Shown here: positions 41,274-50,622 of the stretch, in pieces
Numbering within the stretch: position 1 is the stretch's first letter
How the letters are laid out: each line of letters opens with the position of its first letter
Source of the DNA: a candidate division WOR-3 bacterium
GTDB lineage: Bacteria; Hydrothermota; Tepidihabitantia; B3-TA06
Direction of reading: 5' to 3'
DNA length: 64,000 nucleotides
Assembly (NCBI GenBank): GCA_965649265.1
Contig: CBFGKC010000005.1
Span: 32,001 to 96,000 of the forward strand
The notes under the pieces: generated by a model
Databases searched by the model: none
Told to the model about the DNA's origin: nothing
What the model saw: only the letters and a program-made list of their open reading frames with translations
Program-made: the position numbers and the translations under genes

Positions 41274-42619
41274 CCCTCCTCTCCACCGAAGAAAAATTGC
41301 TTGCGTTCGTTGAACAATAGGGAGTGAAGGACCGGTCTGGCAAGGTCATCCCACAGGAAACCGAAGCCCTTCTGGTTTATTCTCTTCTGAGCCATCCTTA
41401 TAACGCCTGCGCCGTAATTGCGCATGGGAACGTTAAGCCGGGCCATCCCGACGCGCTTGAGAAAATCCATTGCCCCGGGGTCGATGGAAGGGTGATTCCA
41501 GACGAGGAAACGCGCATCGTAGCGGTGGTAATCCTTCTCGAAGATGCCGTAGCGCTCCTTGATTTCGAACCACTGGGGCGTCTTGGGATACGGGGTAAGC
41601 ACCGTGAGCTGGTGAGCGTCAAAACCAATAGCTGCAAGTGTTTCGTAGTCTGAAATAACGGATTCCACAGTATCGTTCTCGTATCCTATCATGTAAAAAG
41701 CCATTGTGAAGATTTTCCTCTCCCTGGTGGCGCCCCTGAATTCCTTCATTACCTCGAGATTCGTTCTCTTGCCTATCCTCTTGAGCGTCTCGTCGTTCAC
41801 GCTCTCAACCCCGAAACCGACGTTGACCATGCCGCGGTCGGTCCAGGAATCTATGTGCCTGAGCGTCAGGTCGGCCCTTGACTGCACCCACCAGTGAAAC
41901 CCGTAGCGCGCAAGCATGTCGAGTACCTGTTCGGAGTGAGAGGGAAAGGTGTAAAAAGTCTCGTCTAGTATGAAGAGTTCGTTTATTCCGTGCTTTCGGT
42001 AGTAATGCAGAACCTCTTCGATGGATTCGAGGGGAAGCCTTGCCGGGTGCGGGGAATGAACCGGCGTCTGGCAAAAGGTGCACCTGTAAGGACAGCCGCG
42101 CTGCGTGAAAAGGAGGCCGATTTTCTTATATGGGACCGAAGGGGGTACAACAACCCTGACCGGAATCACTATAGGTGGATGCTTGATTCTTTCGGTTTTA
42201 CGACCGAAGCACTCCTCGAGCAGGCTCTCCTCGACGTAACCGTACCAGATGCGGTCGGCGAAGGCCTCCGCTTCCTCGGACAGGCCGCCGTATCCGCCCG
42301 CCCATATCTCCTTCACGCCCTGCCTGCGGGCCTCGGCGACCATTTCGAGTATCTCGGCAAGGTCGTGTTGAAAGAAGGTGAATCCCACTACGTCCCAGCC
42401 TTCCTTGAGCTTTCGGACGTATTCGTGCCACAGGGGGAACTCCATTATGTGGATGCCGGGAACGTTCTGCTTGAGAAATCTCAGAGACGTTGAGACCGTT
42501 CTTATGAATCCGAAACGGGGCGTGCGGTAGAAATTTGCGCCGACGGCGTCGTAGTAATCGTTCGGGGCGCGGCGGTAAGCGGTTGATATAAGAATCCTGG
42601 GCGAAGAACCTCTACTCAT
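41270..42619 (-). CDS. Radical SAM protein with B12-binding-like N-terminal domain (paralog 1)
   Basis: GCPYRCTFC; appears the most divergent member (LDETF, WWVQSR, FGVES). Confidence 0.88.
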   Translation of the reverse strand: MSRGSSPRILISTAYRRAPNDYYDAVGANFYRTPRFGFIRTVSTSLRFLKQNVPGIHIMEFPLWHEYVRKLKEGWDVVGFTFFQHDLAEILEMVAEARRQGVKEIWAGGYGGLSEEAEAFADRIWYGYVEESLLEECFGRKTERIKHPPIVIPVRVVVPPSVPYKKIGLLFTQRGCPYRCTFCQTPVHSPHPARLPLESIEEVLHYYRKHGINELFILDETFYTFPSHSEQVLDMLARYGFHWWVQSRADLTLRHIDSWTDRGMVNVGFGVESVNDETLKRIGKRTNLEVMKEFRGATRERKIFTMAFYMIGYENDTVESVISDYETLAAIGFDAHQLTVLTPYPKTPQWFEIKERYGIFEKDYHRYDARFLVWNHPSIDPGAMDFLKRVGMARLNVPMRNYGAGVIRMAQKRINQKGFGFLWDDLARPVLHSLLFNERKQFFFGGEEG

Positions 42620-42689
42620 CAAGGGCCCTCATCCCATTTTCATCGGCCGGTTCTTCCTTAATCTTCCGCACCTCTAGACCGGGCTCCAT

Positions 42690-44456
42690 TCACTTGAGAC
42701 TTGCCAGGGGAATAAGCAGCCATGAGGTGTAGTCGGCGACGGCGAGATGGCTCTCGGATGCTGCAACCGCGAGCGCCTTCCCCGGTGTGTCTATGAAGTT
42801 ACCGAGAACCGGAGCCGTTGGGTCCTGGACTCCGACCTCGAGAACCCCCCTTTCGCCGGAAGCAATGTAGAGGGTCGTGCCGGTGAGAGCAAGGCCGTAC
42901 GGCCGCACACCTATGGGAGTGAAGGAAAGCTGCCTCGGCGCCACAGGATTGGACACGTCGAGAATCATGAGCAAGCCCATGGAGTCGGCGACGAACAGCC
43001 TTTGACCATCAAGCAGAAGCGCGACAGGACTGACTGCACCTGGATAAATGGAAATTTCTTCAGGGGTTTTACCCTCCTCCCTCAAGGCAATAATCCTCAA
43101 ACCGGAATCGGGATCGGCCACGTAGGCAATGGAGTCGGTGACGGCAACGTCGAGTGCCTTGATTCCTTCTACCTTCCCCTTGTCCTTCAAAGGTCCACAT
43201 GGACATATCCAGAGAGTCCGCAGCCCCTTGCCTCCCTCTGCGACCACAATCAGTTCGCCCGTGAGGCCGAAACGCAGCGGCTCACCGGGCTGGAATAGTT
43301 CGTATTTCCTTTCCGCACCGGGGAAAGTCTTGATGGAGTAAATTGATACGCCGCGTTCTCCGTCCGCTATATACAGGTTAGTTCCTGAAAGAAGAACTCC
43401 AAGTGCATTTTCGGGTCTCGGATCGGCGTAACCGGTTACGAGAGAGTCCGCATCTTGTTTAACGATGCTCACCCCTCCCCCTCCCTGGGCTATGGCCCAG
43501 AAATCGCCGCTCCTGGAGGTATGCAAAACGGGGGACGAGCGTGAAAAACGCTTGGAGACTGCAAATGCCGAAGGCTTGGAACCTTCGAGAAGAGCTATGC
43601 CCTTCCCGCCCAGCGCGAGGTAAACACCGTTTCTTGCGGGCACGATATCGGAAATGTACCCCTCACGAAAACTCAACGGTGTATCTAAACGTTTGCCGCG
43701 AAAATCAAAGACGGCATAACCCTGGCTCCCCAGAGCCGCATAAAGGGTTTTACCGGAGCAGGTAAGCGAAACTGCCGTGGCCCCTGCGTCGAATCTCAGT
43801 TCCTCCATCGGATGAGCAGGGTCCTTAACGGAAAAAACGACTATCGAAGATTCTCCAAGCCCGACAAACAACTTTCCTGAACCTGCGGCGAGGGTCTTTG
43901 CTCCAGCCAGATTGATCTCGCCTGCAAGGACCGGGGTATTCGTGCAGTCAAAAATCTTGATTCCGTTTCTCGTTAAAGCGTAGAGAAAGTCTCCTGAAAA
44001 AACGATATCCTCCGCGGCTGCGCCGAGGTTCTCGGTTGAAAGCGGCTTTGAAGGATCGCTCTGGGAGCTGATCACAAGAATCCCAGAATTGGTGGCCGCC
44101 GCCAGATGCTTCCCGGATGCGGCAAGAGCCGAAACCTGGCCGCCGGGAGAAAAGAAAGCAGTCTCCCTGAGGCTGTCCTTTACGCTGAATTCCCTTACAT
44201 TTTCTCCCGAAGCCAGCCACACCCGTTCGCCCGATGCGACGATAAGGCTACTGAATTCAGGGGTAGGGATATTGAGGGCACTCGAAAGGCCGTCATCCAA
44301 TTGCGCTATTCCGTAGCCTGTAGCCGCGTAAAGTTTGCCCTTTACCTGGACCAGCGCGGAATAATCGCCGGATATGTAGAAGCTTTTTGTATCGGCGGGA
44401 AGATAACCCGCATTTCCCGCCGAGAATAAAAATGCCGATATTAAGACTGGTATCAT
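42690..44456 (-). CDS. Secreted LVIVD-repeat beta-propeller protein
   Basis: Signal peptide; repeated YVADxxxGL.I.DVSNP..P units; CPCGP motif. Confidence 0.75.
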   Translation of the reverse strand: MIPVLISAFLFSAGNAGYLPADTKSFYISGDYSALVQVKGKLYAATGYGIAQLDDGLSSALNIPTPEFSSLIVASGERVWLASGENVREFSVKDSLRETAFFSPGGQVSALAASGKHLAAATNSGILVISSQSDPSKPLSTENLGAAAEDIVFSGDFLYALTRNGIKIFDCTNTPVLAGEINLAGAKTLAAGSGKLFVGLGESSIVVFSVKDPAHPMEELRFDAGATAVSLTCSGKTLYAALGSQGYAVFDFRGKRLDTPLSFREGYISDIVPARNGVYLALGGKGIALLEGSKPSAFAVSKRFSRSSPVLHTSRSGDFWAIAQGGGGVSIVKQDADSLVTGYADPRPENALGVLLSGTNLYIADGERGVSIYSIKTFPGAERKYELFQPGEPLRFGLTGELIVVAEGGKGLRTLWICPCGPLKDKGKVEGIKALDVAVTDSIAYVADPDSGLRIIALREEGKTPEEISIYPGAVSPVALLLDGQRLFVADSMGLLMILDVSNPVAPRQLSFTPIGVRPYGLALTGTTLYIASGERGVLEVGVQDPTAPVLGNFIDTPGKALAVAASESHLAVADYTSWLLIPLASLK

Positions 44457-44469
44457 TCGTTACTCCAAG

Positions 44470-46230
44470 CTATTTTAAGTTATACGCTTCAACCGCGTAG
44501 GGAGTCACAACTAAAAGCCGACCCTCGCTTACGGCAACACCCCTTGCCTTATCTATATCGATGTTCTGAACTATCTGGGGTGAAGACGGTTTCGATATGT
44601 CCACGGCGTACACGCCTTCCTCTCCCGAGGCGATGAAAAGCGTATCACCGTCTCTGGCAAGCGCCGAAGGGGTACCCTGGAGTTCAAGCACGGCAAGCTC
44701 CTTCGGCCGTGTGGGCCGGGAAACGTTTATTATCGTGAGTGCACCCGATTCATCCAGGCCGAAAAGCAAATCGCCGTCAAGGTAAAGCTTTTCGTAATCC
44801 CTCGAAAGAGGGGTCGTTGCGACCGTTTCAAGATGGGTGCTGTCTTTCCAGGATACGGTCTCGAGCGCACCAGGCGAAACGGATACGAAAGCGAGTTTGG
44901 TTTGCGGACAAATTCGAATATCCAGGGCCCTTCCGCCGACGCTCATTCTTCCCTGCTCCTTCAAAGGCCCGCATGGACAGCGCCAGAAGGAACCAACACC
45001 TTTTGTGTCTTCAGCGGTAAGCACCATCTCGCCTTCGGCATCCAGCCCTCGCAGCATGTATTCAAACTGTAAAAATGCGCGTTTTTCGGGGTGAGCAGGC
45101 TCCTTAATATCCACCGCCTGCAGAAGATTAGTGGCCGTTATGGTGTAGACCTGTGAACCGAAAAGATAAAGCCTTCTTGTTTCGTTCACCCCGGGGAAAG
45201 TCCCGAGGAATGAAAGGGGATCGCCGGTTTCCAGGGTTCTGATTCCACCCTCACCAATGGCAAGAACCGCAATGTTGCCTCTTGCAAGAATGTCGTAGCC
45301 GACGCCCGCGCGCTTGAAAAATATTCCCTGCAGGGCGTTGGGTTTGATTGAAAGATCGACCTTGCCGAAACCAACACCGGTAAGGAGAAGTGCGAGTGAA
45401 TCCTCGAGTGCAAGGCCTGTACCCAGTCCGGACATCCCCTCCTCCTGGGCAAGCACCGGCTTTTTGGGATCGGCGAGAGAAAAAATCGATAAATCGGAAG
45501 TTCCGGATGCAGCCGCAAGTCGGTCCTTGAAGATTGCCAGCCTATTGACCTGTCCTTCCGTCGCTACCCGTGACAAGACACGAACCGAGCCGCGGCGTGG
45601 TTCGACCACCCAAAGGCCGTCATCGCCTGCAGCGATGTAAAGAAGATTATCCTGCTCCAGAACGTCTAAAACGGCAGGCGCCCCGTCGAGCGCAAGCCTT
45701 TTTACCTCAGGCGATTTGGTTTCAAGATCAACAACCCAGAAACCCGCGGTGTCCGCTGCAAGGTAGATTTTGTCCTTCGAAGGCACTATCCTCACCGGGA
45801 CGGCGGGAAGGGCTACTGGTGTACCCGCGATCGCACTGCCGGATGCCAGGTTTTGCCCGTAAAGATTTCCACTCGTATCCGAAAACCAGAGCGTATCACC
45901 CGAGACGGAAAGCGCGGAGATTCCGCCTTCCTTAATCCAGGAGATACCCGCGCTTTTTTTATCTGCGGGGTCCATCTCCAAAACGGCCAGTCCCCGACTA
46001 CCGGCAACGTAGAGATTATCCTTCCACATTCCGAGGTCGTGACTGTACCCGGGCAGGTAATAATTGCCGATACGGTGCATATCCGAGAGGGCAAAAATGC
46101 TCACCCCTCTGCCGTCCGTAACGTAGATGTTTTCTTTATCCATCACAGCCGAACGGAAATCCCCGCCAAAAACGAGCTGCAACGAATGGTCAAAAACGCC
46201 GCTTAAAGCTAAAAAGAGAAGTATTGCCAT
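44470..46230 (-). CDS. Secreted LVIVD-repeat beta-propeller protein (paralog)
   Basis: Signal peptide; LYIA.G..G..VVDIS.P..P units; CPCGP motif. Confidence 0.75.
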   Translation of the reverse strand: MAILLFLALSGVFDHSLQLVFGGDFRSAVMDKENIYVTDGRGVSIFALSDMHRIGNYYLPGYSHDLGMWKDNLYVAGSRGLAVLEMDPADKKSAGISWIKEGGISALSVSGDTLWFSDTSGNLYGQNLASGSAIAGTPVALPAVPVRIVPSKDKIYLAADTAGFWVVDLETKSPEVKRLALDGAPAVLDVLEQDNLLYIAAGDDGLWVVEPRRGSVRVLSRVATEGQVNRLAIFKDRLAAASGTSDLSIFSLADPKKPVLAQEEGMSGLGTGLALEDSLALLLTGVGFGKVDLSIKPNALQGIFFKRAGVGYDILARGNIAVLAIGEGGIRTLETGDPLSFLGTFPGVNETRRLYLFGSQVYTITATNLLQAVDIKEPAHPEKRAFLQFEYMLRGLDAEGEMVLTAEDTKGVGSFWRCPCGPLKEQGRMSVGGRALDIRICPQTKLAFVSVSPGALETVSWKDSTHLETVATTPLSRDYEKLYLDGDLLFGLDESGALTIINVSRPTRPKELAVLELQGTPSALARDGDTLFIASGEEGVYAVDISKPSSPQIVQNIDIDKARGVAVSEGRLLVVTPYAVEAYNLK

Positions 46231-46250
46231 CGCCGGGAAGAGAGCTGGGG

Positions 46251-47009
46251 TCAGCGGTTCTGCAAAATCTGCTGCCGGAGATCAAACTCGCGAGGCATTC
46301 TGATCGGCAACGTTTGATCGATCAGTTCCCGGTTTGTTTCTTTTTTGTACCCGAGATCCTTTACCCTTACGACCATTTTTGCGGCATTGGGCATCATCAG
46401 GCCCGCGTTAAGTTCAATGCGCGTCGGTATGGGATTTTTCTTATCTGTTGTAAAATCATAGAACCTGACTTGAGTGGCGTTGGTTTCTATGCCTGTGGGC
46501 TTCTTTGTTGAGCTGTCAAAAACGTAGCTTAAGCCGGATACCGTTTTGACGATTGTCGAAGTGGCGTCGTTGTAGAATGTGTCAATATCTTTAGGGTCCG
46601 CCGGAATCAGGTTAAAAACCATCAGTATATCCTTGGGCGTAAAAGGCATGCTGTTAGCCCAGCCTGTGCCCTGATTCAGAAACGTCACAAGCTTTACCCT
46701 GCGCATGAAATCATAAATCCATACCGTGTCCGCGTCTCCCCTGAAAAATCCCGCCGGCGCTCCCCCGGGGAGTCGTACGTCGAATATATATTTTCCACTT
46801 TCCCAGTAGAAAAAGAAAGGCATTTGAAGCAGAACCTTGTCCGAACTATCCAACGCCTCGACAAAACCGCTAACCGAAAGAATTTTTGGAGTTTGTCTTA
46901 TCTCCATGAACTTAAGCTCTTCAGGATATGTGGTTTTTGCCTTTGCAGAAACGATAGAAAATAGTACGCCAAAGGCCACTATCAAGTTATAAGCTAAATT
47001 GGACCTCAT
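46251..47009 (-). CDS. Secreted hypothetical protein, possibly LolA/LolB-like fold
   Basis: Signal peptide, AGGAGG RBS, beta-rich pattern (D.VWIYDF, P.RIEL). Confidence 0.5.
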   Translation of the reverse strand: MRSNLAYNLIVAFGVLFSIVSAKAKTTYPEELKFMEIRQTPKILSVSGFVEALDSSDKVLLQMPFFFYWESGKYIFDVRLPGGAPAGFFRGDADTVWIYDFMRRVKLVTFLNQGTGWANSMPFTPKDILMVFNLIPADPKDIDTFYNDATSTIVKTVSGLSYVFDSSTKKPTGIETNATQVRFYDFTTDKKNPIPTRIELNAGLMMPNAAKMVVRVKDLGYKKETNRELIDQTLPIRMPREFDLRQQILQNR

Positions 47010-47052
47010 TATTGTTCCTCCTAGAGGGTATTCAATCTTTATGTAACGAAGA

Positions 47053-47080
47053 ATTATAGAACTGCGCGGCCGAATGTCAA
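47053..47080 (-). promoter_or_regulatory. sigma70-type promoter of the LVIVD/radical SAM operon
   Basis: TTGACA-N16-TATAAT. Confidence 0.75.
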
Positions 47081-47106
47081 GGCAAGAATTTTGTCGACCG
47101 GGTCGG

Positions 47107-47472
47107 TCAATAGAAGTCGTCTATTCCTGATATCTTGAGGTTCGGCTTTGTTTTGGAGAGTTTCTTAAGGGTATCTATCACAACCCAGGTTTCTCCCCAC
47201 GGCAAGGTTGTATCGATGCGAACCATAAGCTCCACATTTTGTGAGATTTTTGAGTAATGCGACCAGAGATCGTCTACATCCATTTTCTTCCGATTCAGGT
47301 AAAGACCCGAAGTCGTGACATTCAGGGTATCGATTTGACCGGAAAAAGGGTGTCCCGTTTTCAGAATCCTTGTGACTACGATGAGGCCTAAAAGCACCGC
47401 TATCGCGATAATCACCGGACCTCTGAGCAAGCTGAGGCGGGGAAGAGGGTTTCTTCGTTCGGGTAAACTCAT
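47107..47472 (-). CDS. ExbD/TolR-like single-pass membrane protein
   Basis: One TM helix, G.YLN, VRID...PWG....VID.LK; promoter TTGACC-N16-TATAAT 6 nt upstream of ATG. Confidence 0.55.
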   Translation of the reverse strand: MSLPERRNPLPRLSLLRGPVIIAIAVLLGLIVVTRILKTGHPFSGQIDTLNVTTSGLYLNRKKMDVDDLWSHYSKISQNVELMVRIDTTLPWGETWVVIDTLKKLSKTKPNLKISGIDDFY

Positions 47473-47609
47473 TTCTAGATTATAGTCATTTAACTTCCGG
47501 GGTCAAAGCTTGAGTAAAAAACCGTGATAGATTTCCTCAGGGGTTGTCAGCGCAGCAGCACTCTTACTTCTTCACGTAAAGCGATATCTCGAAGGGCTAT
47601 GCCGGAGAA

Positions 47610-47635
47610 GGGGGCTTCTATATCAAGAAGCCCCC
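47610..47635 (-). terminator. Hairpin downstream of the lipoprotein gene
   Basis: 10-bp stem GGGGGCTTCT/AGAAGCCCCC. Confidence 0.5.
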
Positions 47636-47671
47636 CCGAAAGGTTCGAATTCTATAAGCTTATACCCGTTG

Positions 47672-48175
47672 TTACTTTTTTGGATACTTCCACAGGTAGT
47701 CCATACGGACCTTTGTCGTCTCGGGTTTCTGATCGACCAGGAAAGCCACAGAGATCGAATCGCCTTCTATCTTCGTGATGGTGCCGTTGTCTATATAGAC
47801 GAAAGTCGTGTCATAGAAACCGCGTCTGACGAGAACGGGTGCGGCCGTTTTAACTTCGTTTTTCTTGAGTGGGATTTTCTTGATCACGTATTCCATTTTG
47901 ATTTTGTACGAGGACTCGCTGAGGTACGATGCAACATCGTTCCAGTGCGATCCAGGCGTGATGGTCACGGTATCACCGTTGATGGCCGACACCGTGGCTT
48001 CGGCCCAATTCGAGCCTCCGTTGTAAGGCTGACCGTACGATATCGTGTAAGGCTGGACGAACACGGCGTCCCCTACCTTGACGACATCGACACTGCCGGA
48101 ACCGCATCCAGGAACCAGCGCTATCCCGAGTATTACAGTTATGATGAGGATTGCTTGAGTAGTCTTTGTTGACAT
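47672..48175 (-). CDS. Hypothetical lipoprotein
   Basis: Lipobox-like LVPGC; AGGAGG RBS; promoter TTGACA-N16-TATATT at 48209-48236. Confidence 0.7.
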   Translation of the reverse strand: MSTKTTQAILIITVILGIALVPGCGSGSVDVVKVGDAVFVQPYTISYGQPYNGGSNWAEATVSAINGDTVTITPGSHWNDVASYLSESSYKIKMEYVIKKIPLKKNEVKTAAPVLVRRGFYDTTFVYIDNGTITKIEGDSISVAFLVDQKPETTKVRMDYLWKYPKK

Positions 48176-48480
48176 TAAGTCCTCCTGCAAAGAAGGTTAA
48201 CGGAGTGAAATATACCCAAGGGCAATACGATGTCAAGTACCATTTAAATAATTAAATTGTGACCATAAGTAAAGCTCCAGTGCTTAGTAAAACGGGGGGG
48301 GAGGAGGGGTTTGCGAGCAAGATTGTCAGCCCCCCTCTTCAAAGAGCCTGCCCGTAAGTCATACTAGAGATGCCGAACAGGACCTCGTTCTCTCACCAGC
48401 TTGACATGGATATCAGGCCAGCCCCCCCCTCGTTTAGCGAACGACTTCGGGCGGCGGCTTTGCACCCGGCGACTAACGGA

Positions 48481-49176
48481 TTATCTTCCCAGTTTCACTA
48501 GCCAGCGCTCTAAAGGGTCCATGTTCTTTGAGTGTTCCAGGCAGAGGTCGAGGAGCCTGGGTGAGGTGACGGTCTTTACCGGGATTGGGGGCGACTTGGC
48601 ATAGAGGGTGTTGTGGCGCAGAAGCTCGGCCCTGGGATGATCGGGTGCGTATCCTGCAGGAACGCGTTTGTAATGCACGTCACCGGTTACATAGTCGCCC
48701 GATTTGCGGACTGCTGCCAGGGCTTTTTCGAGTTCGCGCCCACGCCTGTCGTCGGCGACCGCATCGCGAAAATCCTGAAGTTCTTCCTTGGAAAACTCGT
48801 ACTTCCCCGCATACATGAAGGCAGAGTTCGACTCGAGGTGGAAATAGAAACCGGGATTCGACATCTTTTTGCCCGGACCCTCCCAGAAGAAGATGCCCAT
48901 GTGGGTTTTATATGGCGACTTATCGGCGCTGAAGCGGACATCCCTGTGGATTCTGAAAAGCGAGCCCGAGCCGTTGGTTCTCGTGCTGTAGACGATATCC
49001 TTGGAGACTTCTTTCTGCAGCAGGGCTCCGAATCCGGTGATGAATGCGAGTGCGGGTGCCACAAGCGATTCCTCGTAGACACTCCTGTTGGCTTCAAACC
49101 AGCCCTTTTCGTTATTTCTGGTGAGGTCGGCGAGAAAATCCAGGCCCTTTTCAGGGAATCCTTTAAATTGGTCCAT
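48481..49176 (-). CDS. DUF2461 family protein
   Basis: FL..L..NN.K.WF..NR, FRIHRDVRFS.DKSPYK, K.VP.GY..DHP..ELLR; AGGAGG RBS. Confidence 0.88.
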   Translation of the reverse strand: MDQFKGFPEKGLDFLADLTRNNEKGWFEANRSVYEESLVAPALAFITGFGALLQKEVSKDIVYSTRTNGSGSLFRIHRDVRFSADKSPYKTHMGIFFWEGPGKKMSNPGFYFHLESNSAFMYAGKYEFSKEELQDFRDAVADDRRGRELEKALAAVRKSGDYVTGDVHYKRVPAGYAPDHPRAELLRHNTLYAKSPPIPVKTVTSPRLLDLCLEHSKNMDPLERWLVKLGR

Positions 49177-49186
49177 GGCTCCTCCT

Positions 49187-49633
49187 TTATCGATTTTTCC
49201 CGAACACTCTCCTGCATCTGGAGCACGCTTCAAGATACCAGCTGCCTTTTGCCCCGCATTCGCATGTCCAGCGTTTCTTTTGTCTTGTGAGCCATTCTGT
49301 TTCGCCAAGTTCCTTGAGAAGTTCGAGGTTTCCGATGACTTCAGAGTGATGCACAAGCCCGTCTTCGGAGAACTTTTTGATGCGGGAACAGGGGAACTCG
49401 GCGCAAAGTCCGCAGTGCTCGAGCGAGTGAGCGCGGGCGCACTCGCGTATCCCGCACTCATCACACAAACTTTCGTCGGCCCTGCAGCCGGGGCAGAACT
49501 GGAGCGGTGCATCGGCATACTCTCGGAGCTTACCGGGCAAGTGGGTAAGATGACGCCGGTCTTGCTCGTCGAAGGCAACCTTGAAGCTGCACGCGCCGCA
49601 GAAAAGCCCGCAGTAGCCTGTCAGGTCGTTCAT
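49187..49633 (-). CDS. DUF3795 Cys-rich protein
   Basis: CGLFCGAC, CPGC, C.IRECA, HCGLC.EFPC, extra C-terminal CEC...CSRC. Confidence 0.8.
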   Translation of the reverse strand: MNDLTGYCGLFCGACSFKVAFDEQDRRHLTHLPGKLREYADAPLQFCPGCRADESLCDECGIRECARAHSLEHCGLCAEFPCSRIKKFSEDGLVHHSEVIGNLELLKELGETEWLTRQKKRWTCECGAKGSWYLEACSRCRRVFGKNR

Positions 49634-49637
49634 GATT

Positions 49638-49982
49638 CTAGAGAGTCTTTCTTATCTCTTCGAGATTGGCCTTTGCCTGAGGAGCCATTTTGAAAAATCC
49701 TTCTGCTGTCTCGCAGGCGTAGTCGGGGCAGTAAGCGCAGTTCTCGACGCCCTTGGCCGACGCGCACTTGCGAATGGCGCACTGGGCGCAGTAACCGATA
49801 TGGCGACCCGCCATGTCGGTGCAGCCGTCGCAGTTTATGTCTTCGATTTTGAACTCGGATTTGAACTCATTCGACCACTGCTCGGCGATTTTTGCGCGAG
49901 CCTCGTTGTCGTCGTTCTTGGTTGCTATGTAACCCGGACAGGCTCCGCAGTCAAGCCCGCAGAAAGCGATCATCTTTGACAT
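49638..49982 (-). CDS. DUF3795 Cys-rich protein
   Basis: CGLDCGAC, CDGC, C..C.IRKCA, NCAYC.DYAC. Confidence 0.85.
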   Translation of the reverse strand: MSKMIAFCGLDCGACPGYIATKNDDNEARAKIAEQWSNEFKSEFKIEDINCDGCTDMAGRHIGYCAQCAIRKCASAKGVENCAYCPDYACETAEGFFKMAPQAKANLEEIRKTL

Positions 49983-50001
49983 ATCGTCTCCTTATTTCTT
50001 T

Positions 50002-50039
50002 TGTATACATAAGCTTACTTTAAATTGCTTACTTGTCAA
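50002..50039 (-). promoter_or_regulatory. Promoter plus TGTATACA operator (DUF3795 unit A)
   Basis: TTGACA-N16-TAAGCT then TGTATACA; same layout at 52286-52325. Confidence 0.65.
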
Positions 50040-50084
50040 CCCCTCATTCTATTGTTGCATGGAGATTGAGGAGCGCGCGGCGGT

Positions 50085-50591
50085 TTATTTGACGGGCACC
50101 ATGAAATCGAGTTCGGAGTCCGGATTATCCATACCCTTGAAACGTTCGGCATCGTAGTATTCTATCATATAATCGAAGGAAGGCTCGAGTCTTGCTTTAG
50201 GAAGCCACTTGTTCCATATTTCCTGGGTTTTTGACCAGTTTTCTTTTATTTCCCTCATCGTGAACGTGAAGACGGCGTAGCGGGTTTCGGGGAGTATCTT
50301 CGCGACGAGTTCGAGAGGGATATCCTCGAGGCTCGAGACCTCGAGGCCGGTAAAGATGTATTTGTTTCCGGATTCCTTCTCCTCCTTGAAATCTATCCAG
50401 AGTTCGTAGCCGGACTCCGAGACCAGGTTTTTTAAGGAATCCAGCTTTTTCCCGGTAAATCGAGAGAGTCTTTTCCATAATTCACCGACTGCGTTTTGCG
50501 CAGACCATCCGCCCGCCTTCTCATAGGGCTTCCCGAAGAAATCGACCCCGACAAGGATCAGCTTCTTTCTCTCTGTGATTCTCGGTGTCAC
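50085..50591 (-). CDS. GyrI-like small-molecule-binding domain protein
   Basis: LVGV, LW..L, Y..G.EV, P..RYAVFT, WLP, E.YD. Confidence 0.8.
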   Translation of the reverse strand: MTPRITERKKLILVGVDFFGKPYEKAGGWSAQNAVGELWKRLSRFTGKKLDSLKNLVSESGYELWIDFKEEKESGNKYIFTGLEVSSLEDIPLELVAKILPETRYAVFTFTMREIKENWSKTQEIWNKWLPKARLEPSFDYMIEYYDAERFKGMDNPDSELDFMVPVK

Positions 50592-50622
50592 TATTGGCTC
50601 CTTTTTGAATGCGATGTTAGTA

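Noticed and set aside
49177-49578. Long N-terminal extension of the DUF2461 ORF overlapping a DUF3795 gene (possible frameshift fusion)
   Set aside because: DUF2461 has its own AGGAGG RBS and ATG at 49176; no slippery site seen.
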